Source of the DNA: the human T2T-CHM13v2.0 reference genome, Homo sapiens
Strand: one strand, 5' to 3'
NCBI RefSeq assembly: GCF_009914755.1
Contig: NC_060948.1
DNA: 64,000 nt
Shown one piece after another: positions 29,251 to 42,553 of this stretch; position 1 is the stretch's first letter, and every line of letters begins with the position of its first letter. The notes under the pieces are model-generated. The model ran no database searches, was not told the origin of the DNA, and saw nothing but the letters and a program-made list of their open reading frames with translations. Both the position numbers and the translations under genes were made by a program.

Positions 29251-30650
29251 TTGATGGTCCAGGGAGCTTCCCAGGTGATCGGGCAGCCTCAGTCTTCAGT
29301 GGCTAAGCTGAGAAGATCTGGGAAGGAGTCAGTCAGAGAGCCTTGGACCAGAGTTCCAGGGGCTCTGGGAGTGGCTGCCAAATGAGTTGGACAGTCCAAT
29401 TTCCAGTGGGGTCCCACACAGATGGGACACAGCTTAGGAGGAATCCCAGGCTATGGGCATTCCATGGCCCAGTGGCCAGATTTCTGTCACTTGAAGCAAG
29501 ATCCTGATGAAGTAGGTCCTGTAGGAATGTTGACTGCTGTGGCTCAGGCATTTAGAAGTTTTTGTATGCCAGAGGTGCGGCTGGGTTTTGTCTCACATCA
29601 GAGGGAAATAATTGCAACTCAGAAATGTGTTGCAGTCTGGTTGCCTCCTCTCTATTATTGTACACCTAGAAGACGAGTTTGATTAATTCCCGTTGTTGGG
29701 TTTGAGGGCTGGATTCTAATTTTTGAACCTTTTTTTAAATGTCAGGAGCTGACTGGGTGATAAAATGCATATTGAGAATAAGGCGGCCTTCTGGCCACTC
29801 TGGGTCTAGGGCAGTAAAGTGTCTAAGGGTTGCTGCCAAACAGGCCATGAACTGGGCTGGGTTTTTATATTTGATGAAAAAGAGCCTAAACACTTACTGA
29901 TTTGGGAGAGGATGGATAAGAAAAAGGAACATTAACCTTGACTATGCCTTTAGCTCCATCCACCTCTTTAAGAGGAAATGATTGGGCAGGTGAGGGAAGG
30001 CTAGTTGCAGAACAAAACTGTAAGCCAGACCAGGTGTGAGGAGGGGAGGTGATAGAAGGATTATAGGGTGGGGGAGTGGAGGCTGAGGAAGAATTGGAGC
30101 CTGATTCAGGCTGGTGGGGAGTGACCTGAGGAGGAGCAGTCTGGGGAAGAGGTGAGAGGTCAGATGGGTCGGTAGAAAAGGAAGATTGAAAAGACTAATT
30201 GACACTTGGGGTTGGACTGAGGGGACAGGCAGGAGGGAAAGAAGGATGATTTGGGACAAGCCACACTGGCAACAGAGTAGGGAGGGACCGATGTGTAAAA
30301 TAATGCCTGGATGTCAGGCTCCACAGACCATTTGCCCATTTTATGACAAGAATTATCTAGATTTTGTAGGATGGAGAAATTGAAAGTGCTGTCTTCTGGC
30401 TATGGAACCATTGTCGAGTTTGTATTGGGGTCAAGTGGTGTTTTGGAAGAAAATAAAGCATTTAGGTTTCAGGTCAGGTGTGAGTTGAAGAGGTTTTAAG
30501 TTCTTGAGAACACAGGCTAAGGGCAAAGAGGGAGGAATGGAGGGTTGAAGTTTGCCCATAGTGAAAGAGGCAAGCCCAGAGAAAAGAGAGGGTAGAGATA
30601 TGGAGAGAAGGGGTGGTGGGTACTTGCCCCCCAGGAAAGTGGTACTTGTC
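29250..30650 (-). pseudogene. HERV-H gag remnant
   Basis: MGKLQPSIPPSLPLACVLKNLKPLQLTPDLKPKCFIFF near 30560-30431; zinc-knuckle-like remnants near 29400-29500. Confidence 0.75.
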
Positions 30651-31079
30651 ACTAAGGTGGAGGATCAAGGTAAGTGCCCCTGGGGTGATCAGACGCCTCT
30701 GAAATGTGGGTGAATAATCAGACAAGTGTCCCCACAGTGATTAAACACCAAGGGAAGACTGTCTTCCTGAGTCCATGACCAGCGCCAGAGTTTTGGGTTC
30801 ACAGATAAAACATGTCTCCTCTGTCTCTGCCAGAAAAGAAAGGAATTGAAATTAAGAGAAGGGAGAGATTGAATGGTGATGCCAAGATTGAAAGGAGAAA
30901 GAGGTTTAGGGATAGTGAGAGAGGTTGTAGAAGAGAGTAAAAAGAGGCCGCTTACCCTATTTAAAATTGGTGAGACGTTCCTTAGGCTAGTTGGTCTTAG
31001 GACCAGAGGTTGTAGGTGGATCTTTCTCACAGAGCAAACAGCAGGAGGACAGGGGTTTGACCTCCCAAGGGAGGTCCCC

Positions 31080-31100
31080 TGATCTGAGTCACAGCACCAA
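31080..31100 (-). promoter_or_regulatory. tRNA-His primer-binding site
   Basis: Minus strand tggtgctgtgactcagat, a CpG-decayed form of TGGTGCCGTGACTCGGAT. Confidence 0.9.
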
Positions 31101-31189
31101 ATGTCACATGCATCTGTGTAAAGAGACCACTAAACAGTCTTTGTGTGAGCAATAAAGCTTTTTAACCACCTGGGTGCAGGTAGGCTGTG

Positions 31190-31208
31190 TCCGGGTTTCA
31201 GCACCAAA
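31190..31208 (-). promoter_or_regulatory. tRNA-Phe-type primer-binding site immediately after the 5' LTR
   Basis: Minus strand tttggtgctgaaacccgga, compared with the tRNA-Phe complement TGGTGCCGAAACCCGGGA. Confidence 0.8.
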
Positions 31209-31574
31209 TGTCATGTGCATCCATGTGAAGAGACCACCAAACAGACTTTGTGTTAGCAATAAAGCTTTTTAACCACCTGGGTGCAGGCGGGCTGAGTCTG
31301 AAAAGAGAGTCAGTGAAGGGAGATGGGGTGGGGCTGTTTTATAGGATTTGGGTAGGTAATGCAAAATTACAGTCAAAGGGTGTTGTTCTCTGGCAGGCAG
31401 GGGTGGGGGTCACCAGGTGCTCAGTGGGGGAGCCTCTGAACCAGGAGAAGGAGTTTCACAAGGTAATGTCATCAGTTAAGGCAGGAACTGGCCATTTTCA
31501 TCTCTTTTGTGATTCTTCACTTGCTTCAGGCCACCTGGTTGTATAAGTGCAGGCTTGGGCTCAGAGGCCTGACA
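31209..31574 (-). repeat. HERV-H 5' LTR (LTR7B/C-like)
   Basis: Direct repeat of 23388-23749 with TATA-like cctataaaac on the minus strand. Confidence 0.95.
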
Positions 31575-32509
31575 TGAAGTACAATCTAGATATCTCTTAT
31601 CTTCCCCCAAAAGAGTTTTTTTGTTGTTGTCTTTGAAAGCCTGGAACAGAGATAATTAATATGCAAAGACAGATAATGTCAGTTTTCTAAGAATTTCCAA
31701 AAGTCACCAAGCCTATGAAAAGCAGAACCATTCCTGAAAACACATGTTCAAAATGTTGGAAAAAGAATTATAATAGATTCCAGAAGAAGTCAGAAGAATC
31801 CCCCATGAGCAAAACAAGCCTGTTCAGCTGCTCAGCCTGCATGTGGGACGCAGTTTTATTTCTCTGGATGTCAGCATTTCTCTGCACATAGGCCTAGCTG
31901 CAAAAGACATTTCCACCCTCAGCTGGATGAAGGGGCCAGACCACATTGTAGGACATCTCCTCCAGATACTCTGGCCACTGTCCTGGGTGTTCAGTGTGTG
32001 GTCAACAGTCAGTCTTCCTGGACAAGGAAAAGGAGAGAGACAGTGTGACCTAGCGAGGTGATAGCAGGGAGGAGTCCCACAGAAGATGGTTACAGACTCT
32101 TCTTTCCTGAAGGAACACAGCTAGGTTGAGATTTTACCTAGTGGTCTGTTGGTTTCTCAGAGGCCAATGGAAATGTTGCAGGTGAGAATTTAGCTGCTGC
32201 TGGAGGGAGCAAGTTTCTGGAGAGGAAATTGGCCTCCCTTGTGGGGGATAAAGGATGGAAGGAAATGGATCAGAAGTCCCAGGGGCTGGCTGAGGAAGAA
32301 GAACTCTAACAGCAGGGCAGGAAATCTGCAGTCAGAATTGCAGTTGGTTTCTCCATTATCTCCTCTCTCTTCCTACTCTTGTTCTATCACTTCCTTGGCC
32401 CCAAAGCATCTCTGCCCATCTTTTCCCATCCTTCCCTCCCATGCCCTCTCCTCCCACAGTGCTTGCTCAACATTCTACCCATCCTTGCCTTTCCTTCTCA
32501 GAAAAACAC

Positions 32510-32876
32510 TTGTTATGGTTATTTCTTGATGACATGTTAAACAAAGGTGGATTATTCATGCCTCCCCTTTTTAGATAATATAGGGTAACTTCTGGAGGTT
32601 GCCATGGCATTTGTAAACTGTCATGGCACTAGTAGGAGTGCAGCAGTGAGGACAAGTAGAGGTCTCTCTCGTGGCCATCTTGAGTTTGGTGGGATTTGGC
32701 TGACTTCTTTACAGTAAACTGTTTCATCAGCAAGGTCTTTATAACCTGTGTCTTGCGCTGACCTTCCATCTCCTCCTGTGACTTCTAAGTCTGGGAATAC
32801 AGCCCAGTAGTTCTCAGCCTCATTTTATCTAGCTCCTATTCAAAATTGATTTGCACTGGGTCACATACCTCTGATA
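32510..32876 (-). mobile_element. MER41-type LTR, partial
   Basis: ggattattcatgcctcccctttttaga...gttgccatggcatttgtaaactgtcatggc...cagcccagtag...cctctgata. Confidence 0.85.
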
Positions 32877-32879
32877 GAC

Positions 32880-33428
32880 TGTAGAAAGTTGAAAAGTTCC
32901 TTTTCAAAGCTCATATTGGTTTAAAAATGAAATAATAGATGTTAGAAATAATAGTTCCTTACTCTAAAGCTTCCTATCAACTATTAGTTCTTATGCTTTA
33001 GCCCAGTTAATTGCTTTGGCTTAGTCAGGCATGACCAGACAGGCACAGGCAAATCTTAGTTTATAGCTTATGTCCCTTCCTTATTTGAAAATGTTATTGT
33101 TTCCTTAAACCTTTGTAAGCAACTTCCTCTCCTACTTTGTCCTCCCTTGCACTTACCTGTTTAGGAAAGTTTTAGGCTATTAGCAAACTGGGTATCAGTT
33201 TAAGACTGTGAGGTCCACCTCCAGCCAGTGGACGCAGGACACAGCAGTAAAGACAACCCAAATGTGTAAGGGTTAAATATGTCTGCTTTTTCTTTGCAAA
33301 CGTGCTCTTGCCATTATTCCATCTGTGATTGAACACCCTTTCTTCAGAAAGTAAAAATTGCCTTGCTGAGAGATCCTTTTTCTCCATGCTGACTTTTCTT
33401 TATGGTGCTAATTATCTATTTCTAAACA
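32880..33428 (+). mobile_element. LTR10-like ERV1 solo LTR
   Basis: tgtagaaagttgaaaagttccttttcaaag...agtaaaaattgccttgctgagag...tctaaaca. Confidence 0.6.
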
Positions 33429-33466
33429 GACTTATCCTCGGTGAAGTGTCAAGACTTCACAGCTGA

Positions 33467-34548
33467 AGGTTGCCTGTTCACTCTGATGGTAGTTTCTTTT
33501 GCTGTGCAGAAGCTCTTTAGTTTAATTAGATCTCATTTGTCAATTTTGGCTTTTGTTGCCATTGCTTTTGGTGCTTTAGACATGAAGTCCTTGCCCATGA
33601 ATGGGAGAAAATTTTTGCAATCTACTCATCTGAAAAAGAGCTAATATCCAGAATCTACAATGAACTCAAACAAATTTACAAGAAAAAAAACAACCCCATC
33701 AAAAAGTGGGCAAAGGATACGAACAGACACTTCTCCAAAGAAGATATTTATGCAGCCAAAAGACACATGAAAAAATGCTCATCATCACTGGCCATCAGAG
33801 AAATGCAAATCAAAACCACAATGAGATACCATCTCACACCAGTTACAATGGCCATCATTAAAAAGTCGGGAAACAACAGGTGCTGGAGAGGATGTGGAGA
33901 AATAGGAATACTTTTACACTGTTGGTGGAACTGTAAACTAGTTCAACCATTGTGGAAGTCAGTGTGGCATTTCCTCAGGGAACTAGAACTAGAAATACCA
34001 TTTGACCCAGCCATCCCATTACTGGGTATATACCAAAAGGATTATAAAACATGCTGCTATAAAGACACATACACACATATATTTATTGTGGCACTATTCA
34101 CTATAGGAAAGACTTGGAACCAACCCAAATGTCCATCAGTGATAGACTGGATAAAGAAAATGTGGCACATATACACCATGGAATACTATGCAGCCATAAA
34201 AATTGATGAGTTCATGCCCTTTGTAGGGACATGGATGAAGCTGGAAACCATCATTCTCAGCAAACTATTGCAAGGACAAAAAACCACACACTGCATGTTC
34301 TCACTCATAGGTGGGAATTGAACAATGAGAACACATGGACACAGGAAGGGGAACATCACACACTGGGGACTGTTGTGGGATGGGGGGAGGGGGGAGGGTT
34401 AGCATTAGGAGATATACCTAATGTTAAATGAAGAGTTAATGGGTGCAGCACACCACCATGGCACATGTATACATACGTAACAAACCTGCACATTGTGCAC
34501 ATGTACCCTAAAACTTAAAGTATAATTTAAAAAAAAAAGAAAGAAAAA
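33467..34548 (+). mobile_element. 5'-truncated, 5'-inverted L1PA (L1PA4-6-like)
   Basis: 33467-33599 antisense L1, 33600-34548 sense L1 with open ORF2 C-terminus (33767-34321) and poly(A); TSD aaga(c/a)ttcacagctga. Confidence 0.95.
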
Positions 34549-34869
34549 AAGAATTCACAGCTGAGTAGAGAGGTTGTGTGGACTTAGGAAATGTTTCTGG
34601 GCAGCTTAAAGGAGCCAGAATAAATGGCCCCCAAATTGCCCTGAGACTCGGGGCTGGCTTTTGAGCCCCTGAGTAATGTTGAACAGATTTTTGCATAGAG
34701 ATCAATGTCGTCACTTCTTCAGGTTGGTCAAAGGTGAGGAGGATTAGAGGATGAATGCATTTCAAGTCAGAGTCACAGCTCTGGAAGTTTTAATCCTATG
34801 AACCTTTAATCTAACTAAGGCAACAGACCCTATTGCTTTAAGACACGGCTCTGAACCCCAATGTTCATG

Positions 34870-35725
34870 TATGTGCTAGTCTTCTGGGGCTGCCATAATG
34901 AAGTCCCACAGAATGGGTGGCTTAAACAAAAGGGATTTGTTTTGTCAGGGTCTTGGAGCCTGGAAGTCCCATATGAAGGTGTGGGCAGGGCTGGTTCCTC
35001 GTGAGGCGTCTCTCCTTGGCTTGTAGATGCCATCTTCTCCACGTGTCCTCATGTGATCATCCCTTTGTGTGTGTCTTTTTTCCAATCTCCTCTTCTTACA
35101 GGATGCCTTAGTCCATTTTAGGCTGCTGTAATGGAATACCATAGGTTAGGTGGTTTTTAAACAATAGACATTTCTTCTCTCACAGTCCTGGAGACTGGAA
35201 GACTGAGATCCAGTTGTGGGCATGGCTGGTTCCTCCTTAGGCATCTCTCCTGGGCTTGTAGACACCATCTTCTCCCTGTGTCCTCACAGAGTTATTCCTC
35301 TGTGTGGGTCTGTGTCCTCATCTCCTCATCTTATGAGGTGTCTTAGTCCATTTCAGGCTGCGATTACAGAATCCCATAGACTGAGTGGCTTGTAAACAAC
35401 AGACATTGATTCTCCCACAGTCCTGGAGGCTGGAAGTCCAAGATCAAGGTGTGGGCAGGGGTGGTTAGTCCTGAGTCCTCTTTCCTGGGCTTGGAGACAC
35501 CATCTTCTCCCTGCATCCTCCCAGGGTTGTCCTTCTGTGTGTGTCTGTGTCCTCATCTCCTCTTCTTAAAGGACCCCAGTCATATTGAATTAGGGCCCAA
35601 TCTAATAACCTCATTTTACTTTAATTACCTCTTTAGATACCCCATTTTCAGATATAGTCACACTTTGAGGGTTAGGGCTTCAACATATAAATTTTGGAGG
35701 GACTCAATTCAGCCCATTGCAGTGG
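34870..35725 (-). mobile_element. MLT1B-like LTR with three tandem internal units
   Basis: Reverse complement of the 2695-3555 architecture; cttagtccattt junctions at ~35107 and ~35342. Confidence 0.8.
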
Positions 35726-35940
35726 ACTAATGCCAGCTCAGTACTTCCCAAGCTCTGCAACCCTGGTTCGTTGTATGCATTCTCAAAGCCCCTTTTTCCT
35801 TATTTGTAAAATGAGATTACTCATGTCAATGAATTTAACTCCATAAAACTGTTTGGAAAATTCCTGGATATTAGCAAATGCTCAATATATGTTAGCCTTT
35901 ATTACATTATTAATCAATATCTTCCACCACTTACACGAGC

Positions 35941-36570
35941 TTGGTGGGAATGTAAATTAATACAATCTCTGTAGAAAACAGTATGGAGATTTCTCAGAGA
36001 GCTAAAAATAGAGCTACCATTTCATCCAGCAATCCTACTACTGGGTATCTACCCAAAGGAAAATAGATCATTATATCAAAAAGATACTTGCACTCATATA
36101 TGTTTATCACAGCACTATTGACAATAGGTAAGTCATGGAATCAACCTAAGTGTCCATCATTGTAGGACTGAATAAAGAAAATGTGGTACACATATATTAT
36201 GGAATACTATTCAGCCACAAAAAAGAATGAAATCATGTCTTTTGCAGCAACACAGATGGAATTGGAGGCTACTATCTTAAAGTGAAATAACTCAGAAACT
36301 GAAAGTCAAATGCTGCATGATCTCTCTAGTAAGTGGAAGCTAAATAATGTGTGCACATGTACATGAAGATGAAAATAATAGATACTGGGGACTCCAAAAA
36401 GGGTGAAGGTGGGAGGGGAGTGAGGGTTGAAAAACTACCTGTTGGGTACAATGTTCACTGTTTGGGTGATGGGTTCACTAGAAGCTGAACCTCACCTTTG
36501 CATAATATATCCATAAAAGAAACACAAACATGCACCACCTGAATTTAAAAAATTATAAAGGCAAAAAAAA
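35941..36570 (+). mobile_element. L1MA-type 3' fragment
   Basis: ttggtgggaatgtaaatt...cagcaatcctactactgggtatctacccaaagg...gggtacaatgttcac...A tail. Confidence 0.9.
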
Positions 36571-36944
36571 CCCCACAATATTGTATTTTAGTTTGTTTCT
36601 TTTTGAAAACATAGTTAGATGCTTTTTCCTAAAATGTCACTGGATTTCAAAAACTTACCACACACAGAAAAAATAAAAAATTCTTCCAAATGCAAGTAAG
36701 TCAGCTTCTTCCTGGTGAAACAAGCTTCTACCTGGTGAAAGAAGCTTTCTCATTGGAATTTTCCTTGTAGCTATCTATCCGGAGAAGAGTTTTGGTGTAT
36801 GATATGGTTTGGATCTATGTCCCCATTCAAATCTCTTGTTGAATTGTAGTCCCCACTGACTGCATGGTCGCATCCCCTGGAGGGTTTAAAAAAGAATCCA
36901 GTGGCAGGTTCTGCTCCTGGAGATTGTGACTTACGTGCGGTGGG

Positions 36945-37102
36945 CTGGGGCACAGCTCCTCAGTGTGGTCCATAGGCTCATAGCATCAGCACCACGTGGG
37001 AGCTGTTGGAAATGCAGAATTTTGGGTCCTAGCCCCAACCTCCCACACCAGAATCTTCATTTTAACAAGATCCATATATACATTGAAGTTTCTGAAGCAT
37101 TG
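36945..37102. mobile_element. MER5A (hAT-Charlie)
   Basis: ctcagtgtggtcc...agcatcagcacc...gttggaaatgcagaatttt...cattttaacaagatcc. Confidence 0.75.
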
Positions 37103-38556
37103 GTTGTGGGTGATGTCTCATATCTTTCTAGTTTGCTTTTTCTTTATGAATAAAGCCATACATACTGAAATTAGAAAGTATAAATTTTATATTAGGACAC
37201 CCTTCACAGGCAATCCATCCATGAAACACATTCACCTCAGAAACTCTTCATATGCCTAAATATGACATACACACTTAATGTTTGAAAAAAGATTTATTTA
37301 GTGGCTACTTGCTCTCATAGGCCTTTAATTTAATGCTGGATAAATTTGGAGCCAAAAAGGAAACTTAAACCTCCTTTAAAGTAAATTCTCCACCTGCTCA
37401 TCATTTTTTGTTGTTGCTGTTAATTCTAAACCAAAGCTAAGCCCCCAAAGAATGTCTCCTCTAATTCCAGGGGCACCATGTGGTATCTTAGAAAGAAATT
37501 ATATGTTAACAATTTGCAACCACAGATTCCCAGATAACCAGTAACTGGAAGAATAGGCATAACTCACAAAGAATGAAGAAAAATGGAGATGTTCTTTCAG
37601 CAAAAGCTTTATTTTTTTATTTTGGAAATTGGCTTCCTTATTTTGGCATTTTTCTTTCTAGATGTGGAGCAGCAGAATGATGGCTGCTTGTCACGTGCTT
37701 CATTCAATTTTAAATGCTTCTGATCATAATATTTGTGTTTAACCACCACTATTTTCTTCTTTTAATCTACCTGCATAATGACAGCTCAAATATGCATTTG
37801 CTCTAAATTGTTGCAGTTTTCAAGGTCTTCGCTAAAATTATGTAAGTAGGTACACTTGCTCTTCTTTATTGGTTACTTTAAGAAGATAACAGTCTTAGGC
37901 ACTGACATACTATAAATCATGTTTATCTTCTTTTCCATTCACCTCTCTTCCCTTTGGAATAACCATGCATCATTTGCCTACTCAGTTAAAATGCTATATG
38001 CTTGCACTGATGGCATATTCTGTTATAGTAAAATAAATGCAGATTTTTCTTCTGTAAGAAGAGTTCAAATAAAAACATCTTTAAAAATGTCGATTTTTTT
38101 CCCCTTGGTATATAGTTGGATAAAAATCCAGAGGGTTTATAGATCACCAGAGGTTACTTCTGACTTCAGAGTCAAAATAAGGAAGTTTGAATCTTTTGAA
38201 TTAATGTCACTTTTATTTCCCAAATGTGAGTCATGTAATAGTTTGCAAATGCAAAGAAATGTATTCCAAAACCACCAGAAAACATGAAGCTGCAAGTGAT
38301 CAAAGGAGGATAAGATTAATACTTTAGCATACCATATGTTGATGAATTTCTAAAAATACATTCTGTCTGCATTTCTAATTTCAAATAAAATCTTCTGTTT
38401 CCTGTGGGCACAAGGGATCATCTGTGAATCTTCTGACCCAGGGAAGAAGGAAGACGCAGCTCATGGCTAAAGCTCAGGAATCTCACTTGACCTTGTTAGC
38501 AGTTCCTAACAAAGTGGGATTTGAAGAAAACAGGAAAGTCATCCCAGTAATATATA

Positions 38557-39100
38557 CTGTTCAAATATTGTGACCCTACCTATCCAATTTTATTATTCAC
38601 ATAAGTTGGTTCACACACTTCTATAAAGCAGTTCAAGTCTTTAATGAATATCTACAGCTACATATATCTATACATACACACACATACATACGTGCATCTA
38701 CATCTAGATGAGTATAAATGCATGCACATACATGACAGATAGATGGTGGATAGAGAAGTAATAGGTATATAGATAATAGATAAATTGATAATAGATGATA
38801 AATCGATACACACATGATATAACAGAATACATGATAGAAAAATAGAGGATAGGTAGAGAAAAAATAGATGAATGGATAAATAGATGATGAATGATATATA
38901 GATAGAAAGATAGATAATACATGAATGGATGCATGGAAGATAGCTGAAGAGATGGAATAAATATATAATGGATAGCTTGGTAGATGGATGTGATAGATAC
39001 ATAGATGATAGATAAATAGAAAATGGATAGATAGATGAGAGGTAGATAATAGATAAAGAAATACATGATAGAATAGATACACAATAGCTAGATGCATAGA
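38557..39100 (+). repeat. Left arm of inverted duplication A (unique sequence plus degenerate GATA repeat)
   Basis: tcaaatattgtgaccctacc...ataagttggttcac...ttctataaagcagttcaa is the reverse complement of ~41995-42070. Confidence 0.9.
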
Positions 39101-39226
39101 CACACAGTCACACATATATGTATACATACATGAACACACACACACATATAGATGCTAAAGGGGCAGATATTTGGAGTCATAGGAATCCACGTATCTTTTA
39201 CTTCTCAAAATGAAAATGCTCTATAT

Positions 39227-39414
39227 TAGGATTGTCAGGTCTAGCAAATGAAAATACAGAATGTTCAATTAAAAGTGAGTTTCAGATTAATGGTGGATTA
39301 TTTTTAGTAGAACTTATTAAATATGTAGGATGTACTTACAATATATTTTTTAAATTATTTTTTATCATAAATCCTAAGTTAAACTGAAGTCTTATATTTA
39401 GTCCTGCAACTCTA
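39227..39414. mobile_element. MER53-like palindromic hAT element
   Basis: taggattgtcaggtctagcaaatgaaaatacag...ttaaactgaagtcttatattt...gcaactcta. Confidence 0.65.
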
Positions 39415-40428
<1,014 letters not shown>

Positions 40429-41119
40429 TCACTTGGCCCAGAGCTGGGCTTGCTACTGGAGCCATGTTCAGCGGATCATGGCTGTCTCTCCACTTGCTAG
40501 AGAAACAGTCGCTGTAGAATAAATTAATGAGTGTTTCTTGATTCCTAAGGACAAGTGCGTCTTGACTAGTTTATCTCTGGGTGTCCTGCAGCCCTATTTT
40601 TTTCTGTCTACCTTTTCTTTCTAAGCAGGCCTTTCCTTTTGTCACCTGCCTTGCCTCAGCAATCTAGTGCTCTTCATGCATTTGCTTATTTAGAAAAACA
40701 AAGTTAAAAAAATTTCTTATGAATGGCTTCCACTATTGCAAACATGCTCTCATTGAGTTTTGTTGGGCTTACCATTGCTGTCTTCTTCCCTTTTCCCTTG
40801 TCTCACACATCTAAAAGGATGATAGATAGACAGAATAGATACCCTAAAGGCTAGATGGATGATAGATGATAGAGAGTAGATAAATAGATGGATGATAAAT
40901 AGTTAGGTAGATAATAGGCAGATAGGTAGATGAATTTGAGTGGAGAGTAGGAAGCATTAACATATGAGGAGTGAGTTAATATGAAATTGGGTCACCCCCT
41001 CCCATAATTTAGAGAATATCTGATATACACAGAGCCCAGAAGTCCAACAAGGAGACACTTTTGTCTCCCGCACTTCTTTGCATTAAGTATTTGGCACATA
41101 ACATTGCATTTTATTTGAA

Positions 41120-41120
<1 letters not shown>

Positions 41121-41172
<52 letters not shown>
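41121..41172. repeat. Perfect (ATCT)13 tetranucleotide STR followed by ~700 bp of degenerate ATCT/ATCC
   Basis: 13 uninterrupted atct units. Confidence 0.95.
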
Positions 41173-41174
<2 letters not shown>

Positions 41175-41561
41175 TGTCTATTATTTATCTGTCTACATTT
41201 TGTCATCCATTCATCTATCTATTATCTATCTATCTATCTAGGTATTATTTATTCATCTGTCTATCCATTTATCTATTATCTACCTATCATCTATCTCTCT
41301 GACTACATATCATCTGTTTATCTGCTATTTATCATCCATCCATCTAGCTATTATAGCTATAACTGTTCTATCATCCATTTATTCATCTATTATCTACCAT
41401 TTATCTATCATCTATCTATCCATTATCATTCCATCTACTTATGTATCCATCTTTCATCCATTCATTCATCCACTATGTATCATCTATGCATCTATCCATC
41501 TATTTATTACCTACTTATCTGTCCATTATGTATCTATTTATCAATCATCTATCTACTATCA

Positions 41562-42072
41562 TCTATCCATCTAGCTATAGTGTATCTATTCTATCATGTA
41601 TTTATTTATCTATTATCTATCTATCCATCTTCTATGTATCTATCTCATCCATCTATCAAGCTATCTGTTATATATTTATTCCATCTATCTTCCATCCATC
41701 CATTCATTTGTTATCTTTCTATATATTATCCATCATCTATCCATTCATCTACCTATCTACCTAGCTATCATTTTTTATCTATCATGCATTCATATAGGTA
41801 TTATGTATCCATTACATCATCTGTGTATCAATCTATTATCTATTTATTATTCATCTATTATCTATATACCTATTACTTGTCTATCATCTATCTGTGATAT
41901 ATGTGCATGCATTTATGCCTGTCTAGATGTAGATGCATGTATGTGTGTGTGTGTATGTATAGCTTTGTGTAGACGTAGATATTCATTAAGGATTTGAACT
42001 GCTTTATAGAAGTGCGTGAACCAACTTATGTGAATAATAAAATTGGATAAGGTAGGGTCACAATATTTGAGC
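41562..42072 (-). repeat. Right arm of inverted duplication A
   Basis: Reverse complement of 38557-39100. Confidence 0.9.
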
Positions 42073-42553
42073 AATGTTGAATTCTGTGGGTGACTTTGTG
42101 GGGGGAGAATAATATTTCTGCTCTGTATATGTGAAAATGAATTTTGCCTCAAGAAGTTTGTAACCTAGTAGGGTAGAGATACACATGCTAATTCATATAT
42201 ATACATGTACACACATATACACATATATGCATATATACACACATACACATGTATGTGCATATATACACACATACACATACATACATACACATACACCCCA
42301 TGATCCAAAATGCTCCACCTATTCTGACCCTACCGTATTGTGAATTTTATTTCCATATAAGCTGCAAATCGCCTCTGAGTGCAGACCACAAGCTCCAATA
42401 TTTCACAATCATGTCATGGCTGGTCTCACAGCTAACACCTTACTTTGGGTCCCACATTCTTCACTGTGCAAGTCATTGCATTCTTTAATTCCCAATTATT
42501 TTGGCTTATCAGATGTTCACTGCAATTCTTAAGGTGCGGAGGCTGCATCACCT

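Larger units (their letters stand above)
23388..31574 (-). mobile_element. HERV-H provirus, defective (5'LTR-gag-pro-pol-env-3'LTR)
   Basis: Two LTR7-type LTRs, perfect 5-bp TSD tgaag (23383-23387 and 31575-31579), His-type PBS, gag/RT/IN/env peptide remnants. Confidence 0.97.

Noticed and set aside
31080-31208. tRNA genes
   Set aside because: Only ~18-nt complements of tRNA 3' ends (primer-binding sites); no cloverleaf or A/B boxes.
33767-34321. 184-aa open ORF
   Set aside because: C-terminal piece of L1 ORF2 in a 5'-truncated copy lacking promoter, endonuclease and RT.
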